DNA of 62,480 nt, filler included, from Basidiobolus meristosporus CBS 931.73 (lineage: Eukaryota > Fungi > Basidiobolomycota), in NCBI GenBank assembly GCA_002104905.1. It is 5 parts of 5 records of this genome, joined end to end, with 100 filler letters (N's around TTAATTAATTAA, not from the genome) between each part and the next. Parts side by side here need not be neighbours in the genome. Positions count along the whole stretch, not along the records: positions 28,741 to 42,331 come from MCFE01001201.1; positions 42,432 to 54,501 come from MCFE01001256.1; 3 more parts are not named here. One strand, given 5' to 3'. Position 1 is the stretch's first letter. Every line of letters starts with the position of its first letter. Positions 33,341 through 45,567 of this stretch are shown in pieces. The notes beneath the pieces were generated by a model. The model did no database searches. It was not told the DNA's origin and saw nothing but the letters and a program-made list of their open reading frames with translations. The position numbers and the translations under genes are program-made.

Positions 33341-34043
33341 CCAATGCTTCTGTAAGATCCAATTGTAGTGCATAAAATAAATATGGGCAGGCATACTCGG
33401 CAAGTTTATTTGACTGGAGGTATCTCGATATAGTCAAACCCAGATGATGTTTGGATTTAGTACCTGTGTTACTGACAATGCCTCAAGCGGATCGACATCC
33501 TTTTGTGGAAAAAAGGCCAACATTGTTCACGTGGTAGCCAAATTATGGGTATGTGTAGTGGCATTGAAGGAGGTAGCGCGACTGAGGGACAGAGTAGATC
33601 AATTCAATCCAGCGTATTCCTCCAACGGTTAGCTAATACGAGCCTTTTTTTCATGCAATAAGGTACAATTCATTCTGGAATCATTAACTATAAGAATTGT
33701 GCGGTATTGCAGTCTACATATCTATTTATCCAATCTCAAAGCCAAATGGAAAAGCCGATCAACGGGTTTCGAGCTCTATTCGTAAGAGCCGACTTGATGA
33801 TTAATACTAGGAGTGTTGTTGGGGGCTAGGCCTACTTGAATGATATTGCACCGACTTGGAATTTTACTAATTCAGGTCTATTTGCGGTATTAGAAAGGCC
33901 AAAGTTAGTTTTATAGCTTATTATCGCCCTCGATACACTCTGACATGGATTCTGTCAATCATTTAAAACTTGTTGCTCCATATTATCGTGTATGTAAACA
34001 CATCCTGAATGGGTGTAGTACTATCATCGCATAGCTTGTAAGC

Positions 34044-34116
34044 GGCCTCGTAGCTCAGTGGATAGAGCGTCCGCCTCCTAAGCGGAAGGTCCCAGGTTCG
34101 ACCCCTGGCTTGGTTG
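34044..34116 (+). tRNA. tRNA-Arg(CCT) with a defective acceptor stem; possible pseudogene
   Basis: D arm GCTC/GAGC; anticodon arm TCCGC-CTCCTAA-GCGGA; T arm CCAGG-TTCGACC-CCTGG. Acceptor GGCCTCG/CTTGGTT has 2 mismatches and 2 G-U pairs. Confidence 0.75.
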
Positions 34117-34509
34117 ATTTTGATTCTCTTACATTCACTGATGTATGCTTCAGAGACCTAACATACTCAACATCAAGCGAGTGTCAGTGATGCAAAGAAT
34201 TTTATAAAATTTATGAACCTTGACAGCCACTGATATGATAGGGTGCTGGCATGCTGTAGGTGATCCCGTTTACTGTGAAAATACATTTTAAATTGAAACA
34301 ATACAAGTATGCCCACCTGACCCAGTTGTAGCGCATTCCGCACGTAAACTGCAAATTAGTCATCTTATTCCTGGCAGTTGGCTATATTCAAGATTTACAC
34401 GTTTGATTTCTGTTAATAAAACTGCATATTGCTCTAATTTACTGCAGATCCCACAACCTACTGACACTATATGCAACTACAATACTTATTGAAATTTGTA
34501 ATTACAGTA

Positions 34510-34542
34510 GTGTCACGTCCTTCGGGACCTCTGACACTTGAA

Positions 34543-34573
<31 letters not shown>

Positions 34574-34634
34574 GGCCCCTGCACAAGGATGACACGTAAA
34601 TCTTGAGTGGACACCTCTTCGGAGGATATTTTTT
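34510..34634 (+). ncRNA. U6: U6 spliceosomal snRNA
   Basis: ATTGGAACGATACAGAGAAGATTAGCATGGCCCCTGCACAAGGATGACACG core with ACAGAGA box and AGC triad; 5' stem GTGTCA..GTCC-TTCG-GGAC..TGACAC; ends in T6. Confidence 0.95.
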
Positions 34635-35284
34635 AGCATTTTGATCTTTGTCTTCACCAAGTTACTATATTGTTTTCGATATTGCTACGTAAGCGCGTTT
34701 AGTATGTTTCAATGTTAACACGCGGCAATATAATCCGGGAAAGTACCGTTTGGTATGAATCATCAACCAAAACTTGTTCATTGATAGGCAAAGCATGAGG
34801 CAATTAGGGAAAAAAAACCATTGGGCAACAAAGTCATGAATCAAATCATCCTACAGTTTGCAACAAATGCCTTGTTTCATGTTTAAAATATCAACTGCGA
34901 CGTAAACCCTTCACATCAAGATATCTACGTTGTGTGAGATTGCCAAAAATTAGAGACTGATTAACTAGTTTTCAAGGTAAGATAAGTGGTGCTCCTGCAT
35001 CAATGAAGATGAAAGTTTGAGGCATTCGAGAAAAGAAAAACCATCTGGACTTGGCCATGAGAATACCTATAGTACTACAACGGAAGGGGTGCTGTTGGAT
35101 GTTCGGGTGACACTACTGAAATGGGCAAGACTTATGACACCTAATCGCACTCCATATCTGGTGGTGAGCTGTTATCGGTGAGCATATCGGGAAGCCATCC
35201 ACTCCAACCGCAGTGCTGCAAGTTCAATGGGAGTTTTTCAGCTTTAATATAAGGTTTCGGCGCCAGAGCAATATTCAGAACACT

Positions 35285-35744
35285 ATGGTGATGGAACAGC
35301 AATACCAACTAGCCCAGCTGAATGTCGGCAACATGCTTGCGCCGCTCGAGGATCCGATCATGGCTGGATTTGTTCAGCAGCTCGATGTCATCAATGGAGT
35401 TGCCGATGCCTCGCCAGGATTTGTCTGGAGACTGCAAACTGAGGACGGAGATGCGACTACCATTCGCATATACGAGAACGAACTGATCTTGGTGAACCTC
35501 TCTGTGTGGGAGTCCAAGGATGATCTGTTCAGCTTTGTCTACCGCTCGGATCACAAGCATGTCCTGAAGCAAACGCCGACAGTGGTTTGAACGCTGGAAG
35601 GGCCCTTACACAGTGCTGTGGTGGGTCAAACAGGGGCACACTCCTACCCCGCAGGAGGCGAAGGAGCGCCTGGAGTACCTAGCTCAGCATGGGGACTCCC
35701 CTCACGCGTTTTCCTTTCGCAAGTCCTTTCCCTCCTCCATCTGA
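35285..35744 (+). pseudogene. DUF3291-family protein, copy 2; +1 A frameshift at ~35572 (or sequencing error)
   Basis: CDS nearly identical to copy 1 except for 1-bp indels; the duplicated block includes 5' and 3' flanks (~35030-35830 vs ~32630-33420). Confidence 0.8.
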
Positions 35745-36820
35745 ATGTCCAATGCTTCTGTAAGATCCAATTGTAGTGCATAAAATAAATATGGGCTGTG
35801 CATACTCGGCAAGTTTATTTCCATGAAGGTATCCCGATATAGTTACATTCACAAGATTTGTGCCACTGGCAACGAGGAACGGATTTACATCATGTCAATT
35901 ATTATAAAGGAGTGACAAAGGCCTTAAGAGTATCTACAAATTGGTAACTATTGAACTGGCAATAAACCCGCTGTCGGAGGGAAAATGCTTCTATGCGAGT
36001 AAACAGACCTGCATGTCTGAATTTCCAAACTAGTAGATAGGACACTTCATACTGGAATCCTGAGAAGTTGCTTATTCCAGAATTATGCCGGGCCTGTGCG
36101 ATCTCAATATGATAATAGCCAACCTATTTCCAACAAGATATTTCTTCCCGTAACCCGTATTGCTTAGGCAACTGAAGCTTGCACATTTGATGAACAGTAG
36201 CCTTGAGAACAATATGGCCACTGATGCAAGCGGAGCTTTTTTGAAGCCTAGTTGAAAACCACGGCTTGTGGAGGCTGTTACGATGCATGTTCATTAGGCT
36301 GAGCAATAATTGGGAGTATGCCATAGCCAACGGTGCACCTTTGGTTAAGGATTCCCTACATGTGAGCCTTGCAGAGAATTGTAGAAGCCAATCATCCACC
36401 TACCAGTTGAACATCACAGTTACGTGTGTGCATGGGTTTACTACTAGTGACATTAATGGATAGGATTAAGCGATAATCCCAACACGGGGTTTTCCTGAAT
36501 AAGAAAAAATATCAGCGGTGTTTATAGCACACATATACTTGTAATATTGCTTGCAGGCTTATTGAATCAAGCAAGGTGTGTCAGCGTTATGATTTTGTAC
36601 ATTAGACTGAAATTGTTACTCGTTGACCATCAGACTGATATTCTTACTCCATGCAAAGGCCAATTATTCAATGCGTAAGTTTGTGGTTTTGTTTGGTGGG
36701 ATTTAGTACAATAAATGAGTATGTGGTGTGTGCCTTATTGCTGACGCACAATGGTAGCTGTGATATAGCCAGAGGGATCGCTGATGGGTTGGAAGATGTT
36801 CATATCCTTACCTTCATTTG

Positions 36821-39800
36821 TGTTGTAAGAGTCTTGGAGATATTGGAAGTGATTGGGAGAACAAGTAGATTATGTGGTTTTCACTTAATGATTTATTGAA
36901 TGTAAAAGTAATATTTATACTTTTACCTGGTCTTGGCATTACAAACACGTAAAATAGGCTAAGGAAGGTCCCAAGAACATGTGTGCAAAGTTTGGGGCTG
37001 TTTGGACAACTTTAAGAATTTTCATGTTCTGGGTAAATATTCTAAGTAAATCCCAACAAGGAATTTTGGTCAGTATTCTCTAGGATTTGAAGGTGATGAT
37101 CTAAGTGACTAAGTTAGGTGAATATTTAGGTGGAAGTACAAGTTTTTACAACACTCCCACTCAGCTAAATGTTCATACTGACTAGTCCTAATTTTGATCT
37201 AAGATATTCAAACTTGTCTCTAGCTAATGGTTTGGTAAATATGTCTGCAATCATTTCATCTGTAGGACAGTAAACTAAGCTAACTATGAAATGATGTCCA
37301 ATATCTATGTGCTTGGTTCTAGCATGAAAAGTTGGATTTCTACCTAATTATATACACCCTTGATTATCTTGAAATAAAGTAATAGGCATTTTTTGACATA
37401 GGCCTAAGTTTGTAAAACGTTTTCTTAACCACATTGCTTCTTTTGTAGCTTCACAGGCAGCCATGTACTCTGCCTCTGTGGTAGAAAGTGCTACGGTTGG
37501 TTGCTTTCTTGAATTCCATGAAATTGCTCCTTTACAGTAAAGAAAGGTGTATCCTGTGGTGGATCTTCTGTCTTCTGAATTTTGTCCCCAATCAGCATCA
37601 GAATATCCCACAAGATCCTGTTCTGAATCCTTATAAGTGTATCTTGAGCAGATATCAGCAGTTCCTTTCAGGTATCTAAAAATCCGCTTAACTGCTGCAA
37701 TATGATCAGATCCATAGTTCTGATTATGTTGGCTGACAACTCCCACTGAATATGAGATATCTGGACGTGTTCCAAGCATGATATACATCAGACTGCTGAC
37801 CATGGATTGATAAGGAAAGTCAGGGCTTTCAGATGGCACCAAGCTCTCTTAATTTGGTTGAGTTTTCACCAATTTAAGGTTTGTCTTCATTGGGGTAGCT
37901 GCCGGTTTACAGTCTTCCATTTGGTACTTCTTTAGTATATCTTGAATATACTTGGATTGGCTTGGGGTGATAGTCTGGGTACTTCTGTCTATGGAGAACT
38001 TAATCCCTAAGTGGTAACTAAGTTCTCCTAGATCGGACATCTTGAACTCCTTAGATAGGCTGGACTTAGTCTCTTCCAGTGTTTCTAGGTTATTAGTGGC
38101 TATAATAAGATCATCCACATATAGAGCTAATAGAACTGGACTTGCTCTATCTGGCTTATAGTATATACTATAGTCAGCATTACTTCTTTTGAAACTCAAA
38201 GATTCCAAATAAGAATCTATCTTGCAACTCCAGGCTCTTGGTGATCGTTTGAGACTATATAGTGACTTTTTAAGCTTGCAGACCAAATAGGGGTTATCTT
38301 GGTCAACAAACCCATCAGGCTGGTCCATATGCATGTCCTCATCAGGTTCTCCATTCAAAAATGCTGTTTTACATCCATTTGATAAATAAAAAACTTATAT
38401 TTGGCTGCAATAGCCAATATTAATCTGATGGAATTAAACTTGGCTACCAGTGCAAAGGTCTCAGTATAGTCATGTCCTTTTGTTTGAGAGTATCCTTTGG
38501 CTACAAGTCTTGCTTTGTATCTTTCAACTGTACCATCAGCCTTGTATTTTGTCTTGAAGACCCATCTGCATCCAATGGTTTTTTGGTTAATTGGTAATTT
38601 GACTAAGTCCCAAGTTTGATTTTCCATCAGGGCCTGATATTCCTCAGTCATTGCAGATCTCCAAAACTTTGTCTGAGGGCTATTTAGGGCCTCTTTTATA
38701 GTCTGGGGCTCATCAATATGGACTGAATAGGCATAGGCTAAGTTTATACCCTCATTGATGTAGTAATTTGGGCTATTTCTTGTCCAATTGGATCTCCAGG
38801 CATTTGATACTGGAATGATCACTTCTGGGATATTTCTGGGTACTGATTTTGGCTGAACCATGGTTGTAGAGTCCTCTGGAGTGAATAACTTTCATTGTTT
38901 TGCTCAGATTCAATCCTGACAATTGGTAGACTTGAGATCAAACTTTTGTCATCATCTGATGTCATTTTTTGTGAAAATTTTGAATTTTCATCAAACAACA
39001 CATTCCTGGACTTGATCAGCTTCTTTGCTTTAGTATTGTAGAGTCTGTATGCCTTACTCTCATTGCAGTGGCCTTAAAATATGCATTTTACACTTTTTGG
39101 TTCAAATTTTGACTGATTTCTGGCCAGTTTTTTGGCATACGCTGTACACCCTAATATTCTTAGATGTTCTGCACTTGGTCTGTATCCATACTATGCTTCA
39201 AATGGAGTAGATTCACGAAGTATTCTGTTATAACTCCTATTTTTCAGGTATACAGCAGTGGCAACTGATTCTGCCCAAAAATCATAGGATAATTTTTGAT
39301 CATGGATCATAGATCTTGCCATATCAAATATTGATCTGTTAGCATGTTCTGCTACTCCATTTTGCGGTGGGGAGTATGGTACAGTAGTCTCTTGCTTTAT
39401 CCCATGAATTTTGCAGAAGTGGATGAAGAGTTTTAAGGTATTTTCTCCACCATTGTCAGAGCGTATTTTCTTGATTTTTTCACCAGTTTCTCTCTCCACC
39501 ATGGCTTTACACTCCCTGAGCTTAGACAGAGCTTCTTCCTTTCTCTCCATGAAGTAGACCCATGTGAATCTTATATAATCATCAATAAAAGTGATTAAAT
39601 ACTTCATCCAGCCTAAGGATAAATTTTGCATAGGTCCACACAGATCTGAGTGAATTGGATCTAATTTTTTCTTAGTTTTGATTACCCAGAGCTCTGGAAC
39701 AGTTGTCTGGCTTGTTTCCCATATATGAAGGCTTCACAGTGCTCCAAATTAGCTGGGGGATCAATTTTTACTCCAGAAATTAGCTGATCTTTTATCATTT

Positions 39801-40092
39801 TGCACAAATAATCAAAATTGATGTGCTCAAATCTCCTGTGCCAAAGCGTTAGTGTTTCTTCATTTAAGTTACTTATATTGGCTTCCAAATATGATGGAAT
39901 ATAAGTCAACTTGTATAGATTCTGATCTCTGATACCCAAAGCAATATGGGCACCGTTTTGATCAGTGATCTTGCATCCAGAATTGTCAAAGCTGAAACTG
40001 AGTCCTGCTGCTGTGGCCTTGCTTACAGATAGTAGGTTCTTGGCTATTTCTGGTACATAAAGTACTTCTTTAAAGGTTAGTGTATGGCTTCC
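36821..40092 (-). mobile_element. Ty1/copia element, 3' part: 3' LTR-A 36821-37153, PPT, RNase H, RT, integrase, GAG-pre-integrase; 5' end replaced by a telomeric array
   Basis: PPT GAGTGGGAG abuts the LTR; GYSDADW, WNSRKQPTVALSTTEAEY, LYVDD, YKARLVAKGYSQ, RSDNGGE, WHRRFEH, VLYVPEIAKNLLSVS. Confidence 0.93.
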
Positions 40093-40159
40093 TTAGAGTT
40101 TAGGGATGATAATCTTAGGGTTAGGGGGGGAGGAAAGTCACCAAGTTGTGAAATCTTTA

Positions 40160-40368
40160 GACTTGTTCCATCATTCCAGCTGATCATAGTGCCCAATAGT
40201 GCCATAGCATGCTAGATTGTGCCTGATTATGCCACAGAGTGCCAGATGGTGCCATACATTACCAATTTGGGATCAAAATTGACATGCATATGACCCTAAA
40301 ATATCAAATTAATAACAAAATATACAGCACTCTCTGGCACTATGATCAATGGCACAATGGAACAAGTC
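40160..40368. mobile_element. Short MITE with TIR GACTTGTTCCAT, inserted in a tail motif
   Basis: GACTTGTTCCAT...ATGGAACAAGTC; same termini as 44147 and 45568. Confidence 0.75.
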
Positions 40369-40539
40369 TTTTATATAGGGGAGGGAAAGTCACCAAGTTG
40401 GTGAAATCTTTATTTGAGTTAAGAACTAATCTAAGTACAAATAAAGAAGCCAATTAGGAGGTCTAGAACCTCTCTAATAAGTAATCAAATTTACGTTTTG
40501 TTTCATCTCTAATGTTTGTTTCAATAAAGTAAAGCTCAT

Positions 40540-41237
40540 TGTTGTATCCAAGAGAAAGTGTAATAAAAACTCTTGAATGGTTTAACTGAACCAAAGGGAC
40601 AATTAAGTGCAGAATCTTAGAATTGTCAGAGAGTGGCAGAAATATTAGCAGAAAGATTCTGATCTAATATTGGTCTTGGATATAGCTGGGTTGGCTATAA
40701 AGACAATGATATTTGTTTGCTAGGCAGGCTAGGCTTGGTGTTCTTTGGAGTGCTAGATATACTAGGCTTGGATAGAAACTAGAACGGAATTGTTGGATTC
40801 TTATTTTTGCTGAGACAGAATCTTAATTTCGTTGAGACACACACTAAACCAAAAGGTTCAGTAAACTTTATTTATACTTTTCTGATCAAGTTGACTTAGT
40901 AAGCGCCAAGGGACTGGATTGATTGAGATAAACTTGGGTGTTCATAGGTGCATATGATAAATGAAAATTACATCATCAATCAACTGATGTCTTGGCAACT
41001 GCACCGTGGTTGGATAGATCTCAGATGACTAATCACCTGGGAAGGCTTGGCAGATAGGTTGATAACGTAATGACCATTTGAAAATAGATCAGGTGTGATA
41101 GCTAAAAATAGATTCTGAGGTGGGATAAAATAAACTGTAACTGGGATTTGTTATGTTTGGGTTAGGGAAAATCAGTTAGGGTACTAGATTTTCAAACGGA
41201 GTAAAATTGGCTAAGTTTTAAATGTTGATGCACAACA
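40540..41237. mobile_element. Solo LTR of a second family (698 bp) with TSD CTCAT, inserted in the LINE B fragment
   Basis: CTCAT-TGTTG...CAACA-CTCAT; empty site AAAGCTCATCAGGGG is at ~11320. Confidence 0.85.
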
Positions 41238-41408
41238 CTCATCAGGGGTAAATATAAAATTCAAGGGTTTTGGGGGAAGTACAAGTTATAGATGTTTCTG
41301 ATCAATATAATCCAAGACTGGAACCCAGCCTGGGATTAGGTGTAGTAGGAAAGGTGTGTGGACTTGTAAGTAGCTCTGCCACATAGATCTTAGATGGTCC
41401 TGAGCCAG

Positions 41409-41822
41409 GGTTAGGGGGAGGAAAGTCACCAAGTGGTGAAATCTTTATTTATTTATGACAAGTATCTAAAGAAGCCAAGTTAATCTGAAGTTATTCCTAG
41501 GAAGCTAGGTCTGAGAGATATCTTCCTGGTAAGCCAGGTCTGAGAGTTGAGAAGCTGAGTGGTACTATAATTCCTAGTTAGCAAGGTCTCAGAGAGGTTT
41601 CCTGAAAAGCCAGGCCTGAGAAGTGAGAATCTGAATATATCTGAGCTAAGTTATACTGGTTTGCGGTAGCTGAATTGTGGCCGGAATGGCCAGTAGACTG
41701 GGGGAACTGAGATGAATTTCTGGGCGATCACTGGCCAGATTTACTAGACAAATCTGGCCAATTAGCATTTTAAGGATTTCAGCCAATCAGAGCCTTTACT
41801 TTGCCCGATGGTTGATCAAGCC
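41409..41822 (-). mobile_element. Family C non-coding telomeric element, copy 1 (414 bp)
   Basis: Tail motif, 4 internal ~23-nt hairpin repeats, no ORF in the track. Confidence 0.82.
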
Positions 41823-42331
41823 TTAGGGTTAGGGGGAGGAAAGTCACCAAGTGGTGAAATCTTTATTTACTTATGACAAGTATCTAAAGAAGCCAAGTTA
41901 ATCTGAAGTTTTTCCTGGAAAGCTAGGTCTGAGAGATATCTTCCTGGTAAGCCAGGTCTGAGAGTTGAGAAGCTGAGTGGTACTATATATCTCCTAGTTA
42001 GCTAGGTCTGAGAGTGGTTTCCTGGAAAGCCAGGCCTGAGAAGTGAGAATCTGAATATATCTGAGCTAAGTTATACTGGTTTGCGGTAGCTGAATTGTGG
42101 CCGGAATGGCCAGTAGACTGGGGGAACTGAGATATATTTCTGGGCAATCACTGGCCAAATTTACTAGGCAAATCTGGCCAAGTAGCATTTCAAGGATTTC
42201 AGCCAATCAGAGCCTTTACTTTGTGCCAGCCGATGGTTGATCAAGCCATCTCCCAATGAGCACACATCAATTTATTAATCAAATTCTTGCTGATCCAGGA
42301 TTTGAACCCACAACCATGGGTATGGAAGGGT
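41823..42331 (-). mobile_element. Family C copy 2, with a 5' extension containing a B-box-like GGTTCAAATCC (42308-42298)
   Basis: Near-identical to copy 1 over 41823-42247; extension runs to the contig edge. Confidence 0.78.
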
Positions 42332-42431
42332 NNNNNNNNNNNNNNNNNNNNNNNNNNNNNNNNNNNNNNNNNNNNTTAATTAATTAANNNNNNNNNNNNN
42401 NNNNNNNNNNNNNNNNNNNNNNNNNNNNNNN
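42332..42431. other. Artificial contig spacer
   Basis: N44-TTAATTAATTAA-N44. Confidence 0.97.
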
Positions 42432-42489
42432 CTAATAAGATAAGATATGAATAAGTATATTGTAATGGCTATATGAATAAACTTGTCTG

Positions 42490-43100
42490 TGGAAGGTATG
42501 TTTACCCTACCATACCGCATTGAGTCAATGCGTGTTGGATCAATGCACATGCTTCAGAACAAAACCACCAGAACTTGCCAAGCTGCTCATTTAGACATGA
42601 GTCCATGGAGTGGGCTGAGTTGTGGCAACAAGTGGCATCATATAAAACTCAGCCAAGGGCCATGCCAGCGCATCAAGTTGTGTCTGTGCATGCCATTACA
42701 CCTGACCATCAGCAGGTTTCTTCAGGTGAACTGACTGATGATGACCCACATGAAGTGCCTCCACCACCAGAGCCTGTGGCAAGTAAAAGAATGCATTAGC
42801 ATGTAGCACTGCAGGCTGGCTCAGTAGCATTATCCAGAGCAATTCAGCGTGGCCAAGCTGCAGCATCCCACACATCAACAAGGAGGCAAAGTACTGACTA
42901 CAAATACACAAGTAGCCAAGATGATATTCAACAAGGAAGTAGTTTAGGTGTGCACAGTGAATCACTACCAAATGCTTCAGTAGTAATCCCTGTGAGAAAA
43001 AAACCTAGGAGAATATAATTCAATTGCATTGAATTGCAATTGTTTGACATAATCCAAACAAAGCATTTTTTTGCAATCCACATCAAGCCATTGCAAATCA
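42490..43100 (+). repeat. Repeat family X, copy 3 (approximate limits)
   Basis: Colinear with 25790-26400. Confidence 0.65.
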
Positions 43101-43499
43101 GTGATCACAAAATTTTTGACTATAAGTTAAAAATTTGCAAAATGCTGATCTTCCAGGAAAACTATAATATACTATTGATAAAATAATAAAAGCAAAATTA
43201 TTCCATATTCTTTATTTCCATTGTACCAACTTGGATTTAACAAAACTTGTAAATGTTTTTAGTAGTTAATTTTGTAATTAACTGCCCAGCATAATGCATT
43301 TATATTCATATTGATCATTCACCAGTCACTACAGTACCAATAATATCTTGCTGCCCACTTGATACTTCTAAAATGGCACCTTGACACACTAGTCACCTAG
43401 CACAAGTGGAGTCAGGTGAGTCTGTGAAGCTTTAGGCTCACCCCAGCCTTCTGAATATGACACACAGAGTGAGAGCTCTAAAGAAACAGGCTCAGTGAT

Positions 43500-45330
43500 A
43501 GATTGCCAGCCTATCTTCATTAACAACAGTAATCTGCTCAAGCCCATTAAAGTCCCATCATGTAATGAGACAACACCTGTCAAAAAAAATGCCAAGGATA
43601 CTTTATGCAGTCAAGTGCACCCATTATTCTATCTACTGGTCAATAATGTGATGTTGTGGCTAGAGAAGTGGTGCATCTTTACTATTATCAGTAACGGGGG
43701 CTTTGGGGATTTACCACCACTTCTTGCCAAGATCATTCTGGGACACACATTATTATTGCCCAAACACCAACACTAAGCACATCATCTTTCTGCCTAGAGA
43801 ACACACAGAAGTCAACATGTAATTGCAGCAAAGTTGGCAAGCTATAAGCCACTGGCCCAAGTATGCAATTAATTGGAAACTAGAGATACTTAAAATAAAG
43901 GGTATCTATACAACTGGGAGCAATACATTTGCTGTTCAGCAATATCTCTATATTGATGACCAAGTTGTACGTGATGCATTTCAAGCTAAGTGAGACCTTG
44001 GAGATACCAGCAAAGTTTGAAAGAATTGGCAAGATATTACAGAGTATCTGCTACCATAAGTAATTCTCATGGGCTCCAATCAACACTTATATGCATATGA
44101 AGCAATACAAGTGCAGGGACTGGATAAACTGGATATGTATTTTTTAGACTTGTACTGTTAGATAGTGCCACATTGAGCCATGACTTTCAACAAGTGCCAC
44201 TGTGTGCCAGAGAGGCATAGCATACCTAAACTTGGCCACAGAGTGTGAAATATAGCCCTTTATCTCCATGCATAATAGCCCATGTCTTTCACCTATTGTG
44301 CTTGAGAAAATTCATTTTGGCCTTTTTTATTTGACCAATATTGTGCAGGATGTGTAAGAGCACAGAGGGACTGAAGACATGCATATGGTACTCAATACCC
44401 ATGGAACTCTTAATCTAGCACCTGTGGCTTGTAACATGTCACAACAATGCATGGCACTATCATGGTCCACTGGCACTATCTGGCTCTATTTTTAAATATT
44501 AGGCATAAGGTAAAACCTATACCAAGCATTTATAGTGTCAGATAGTGCCAGTGGACCAAGATAGTGCCATGCATTTTTATGACATGTTACAAGCCACATG
44601 TGCTAGATTAAGAGTACCATGGGTATTGAGCACCAGATGCATGTCTTCAGTGCTTCTGTGCTCTTACACAACATGCACAACATTGATCCAAAAAAGAAGG
44701 TCAAAAATGGAGTTTTACCTGCATCATAGGTGAAACACAGGGGCTGCTTTGCATAAAGATGCAGATCTATGTTTCACACTTTATGGCAAAGTATAGGCTC
44801 ACTTTGCCTCTCTGACACACTATGGTATCATTTAGCACTAATGGCTCTATGTGGCCCTATCCAATGAACAAGTCTATTTAAGTAGACTTCAGAAGCCATT
44901 TCTACCAAGAGTATATTGAAAGCATTTGGAGTAATACATGGACATTGTAGGAATATTTATCCAGGAGCAGATCACCAATGCCAACTTGACACATCTACAG
45001 CCTTTGTGCAAAGGGTTTGTGATGGGAGATCAGCTGTACTACAAGCATAAAGCTGAACATATAGATCTCAGCTGTTACAGTATCCATTTGCTACTCCATA
45101 TTGCCTGATGTGCTGAGAATGTTGGACCTTGCTTCACCTTTTGGGAGTTTCATATGGAGCAGATGTGAGGGGAGATAGTAAGACAAGTAAAGTCACAGGC
45201 ACTCCCATATCCCAATCTCATCAAGAATATTACATTCAAGTCCATGAGGGATGTGTTGAGTTGGCACATAGAGGACAGCCATGAAGAGCTGAGAAATGCT
45301 GAGGACAGATGTGCACATTGAGACCCCTAT
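43500..45330 (+). pseudogene. CACTA/EnSpm-like transposase remnant interrupted by a foldback MITE (approximate limits)
   Basis: KCRDWINWI left of the MITE; KPFLPR.Y.KH and LLHIA.CAENVGPCFTFWEFHMEQ right of it, resembling the H-L-L-H...GP..W.F.MER motif. Confidence 0.55.
44147..44874. mobile_element. Foldback MITE (~728 bp, long imperfect TIRs), flanked by TA/TA
   Basis: The two halves are reverse complements; homologous to 45568-46299. Confidence 0.82.
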
Positions 45331-45567
45331 GCCTATGGCATTAAGAAGCTAAGCAGCCCCAATGTGTGTGTAATCAGTTGAGTAATGCAAAGTTGGGTTG
45401 GGCGGAACAAGCAACTGCTTCTTAGTAGGAAAACTCTGCTAAAGTATGTCAGGTTTCTCTTGGCCACAAGGAAATCACTACACCATTCAGTACAGAGTTT
45501 AAACTAACAAGAGCTAGAGCACACCTATAAGGGGGAATAAAGTCAAGCAGGGAGAAGGAATATATTA

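Larger units (their letters stand above)
40093..42331 (-). mobile_element. Second array of telomeric-family units (micro-units, B fragment 40376-41408, C copies)
   Basis: Four tail motifs after TTAGGG-like seeds at ~40115, 40376, 41409 and 41823, all in the same orientation as the contig 1 array. Confidence 0.88.

Noticed and set aside
41409-42247. CRISPR-like array in family C subrepeats or the array junction motifs
   Set aside because: Eukaryotic context, degenerate repeats, irregular spacing, no cas genes.
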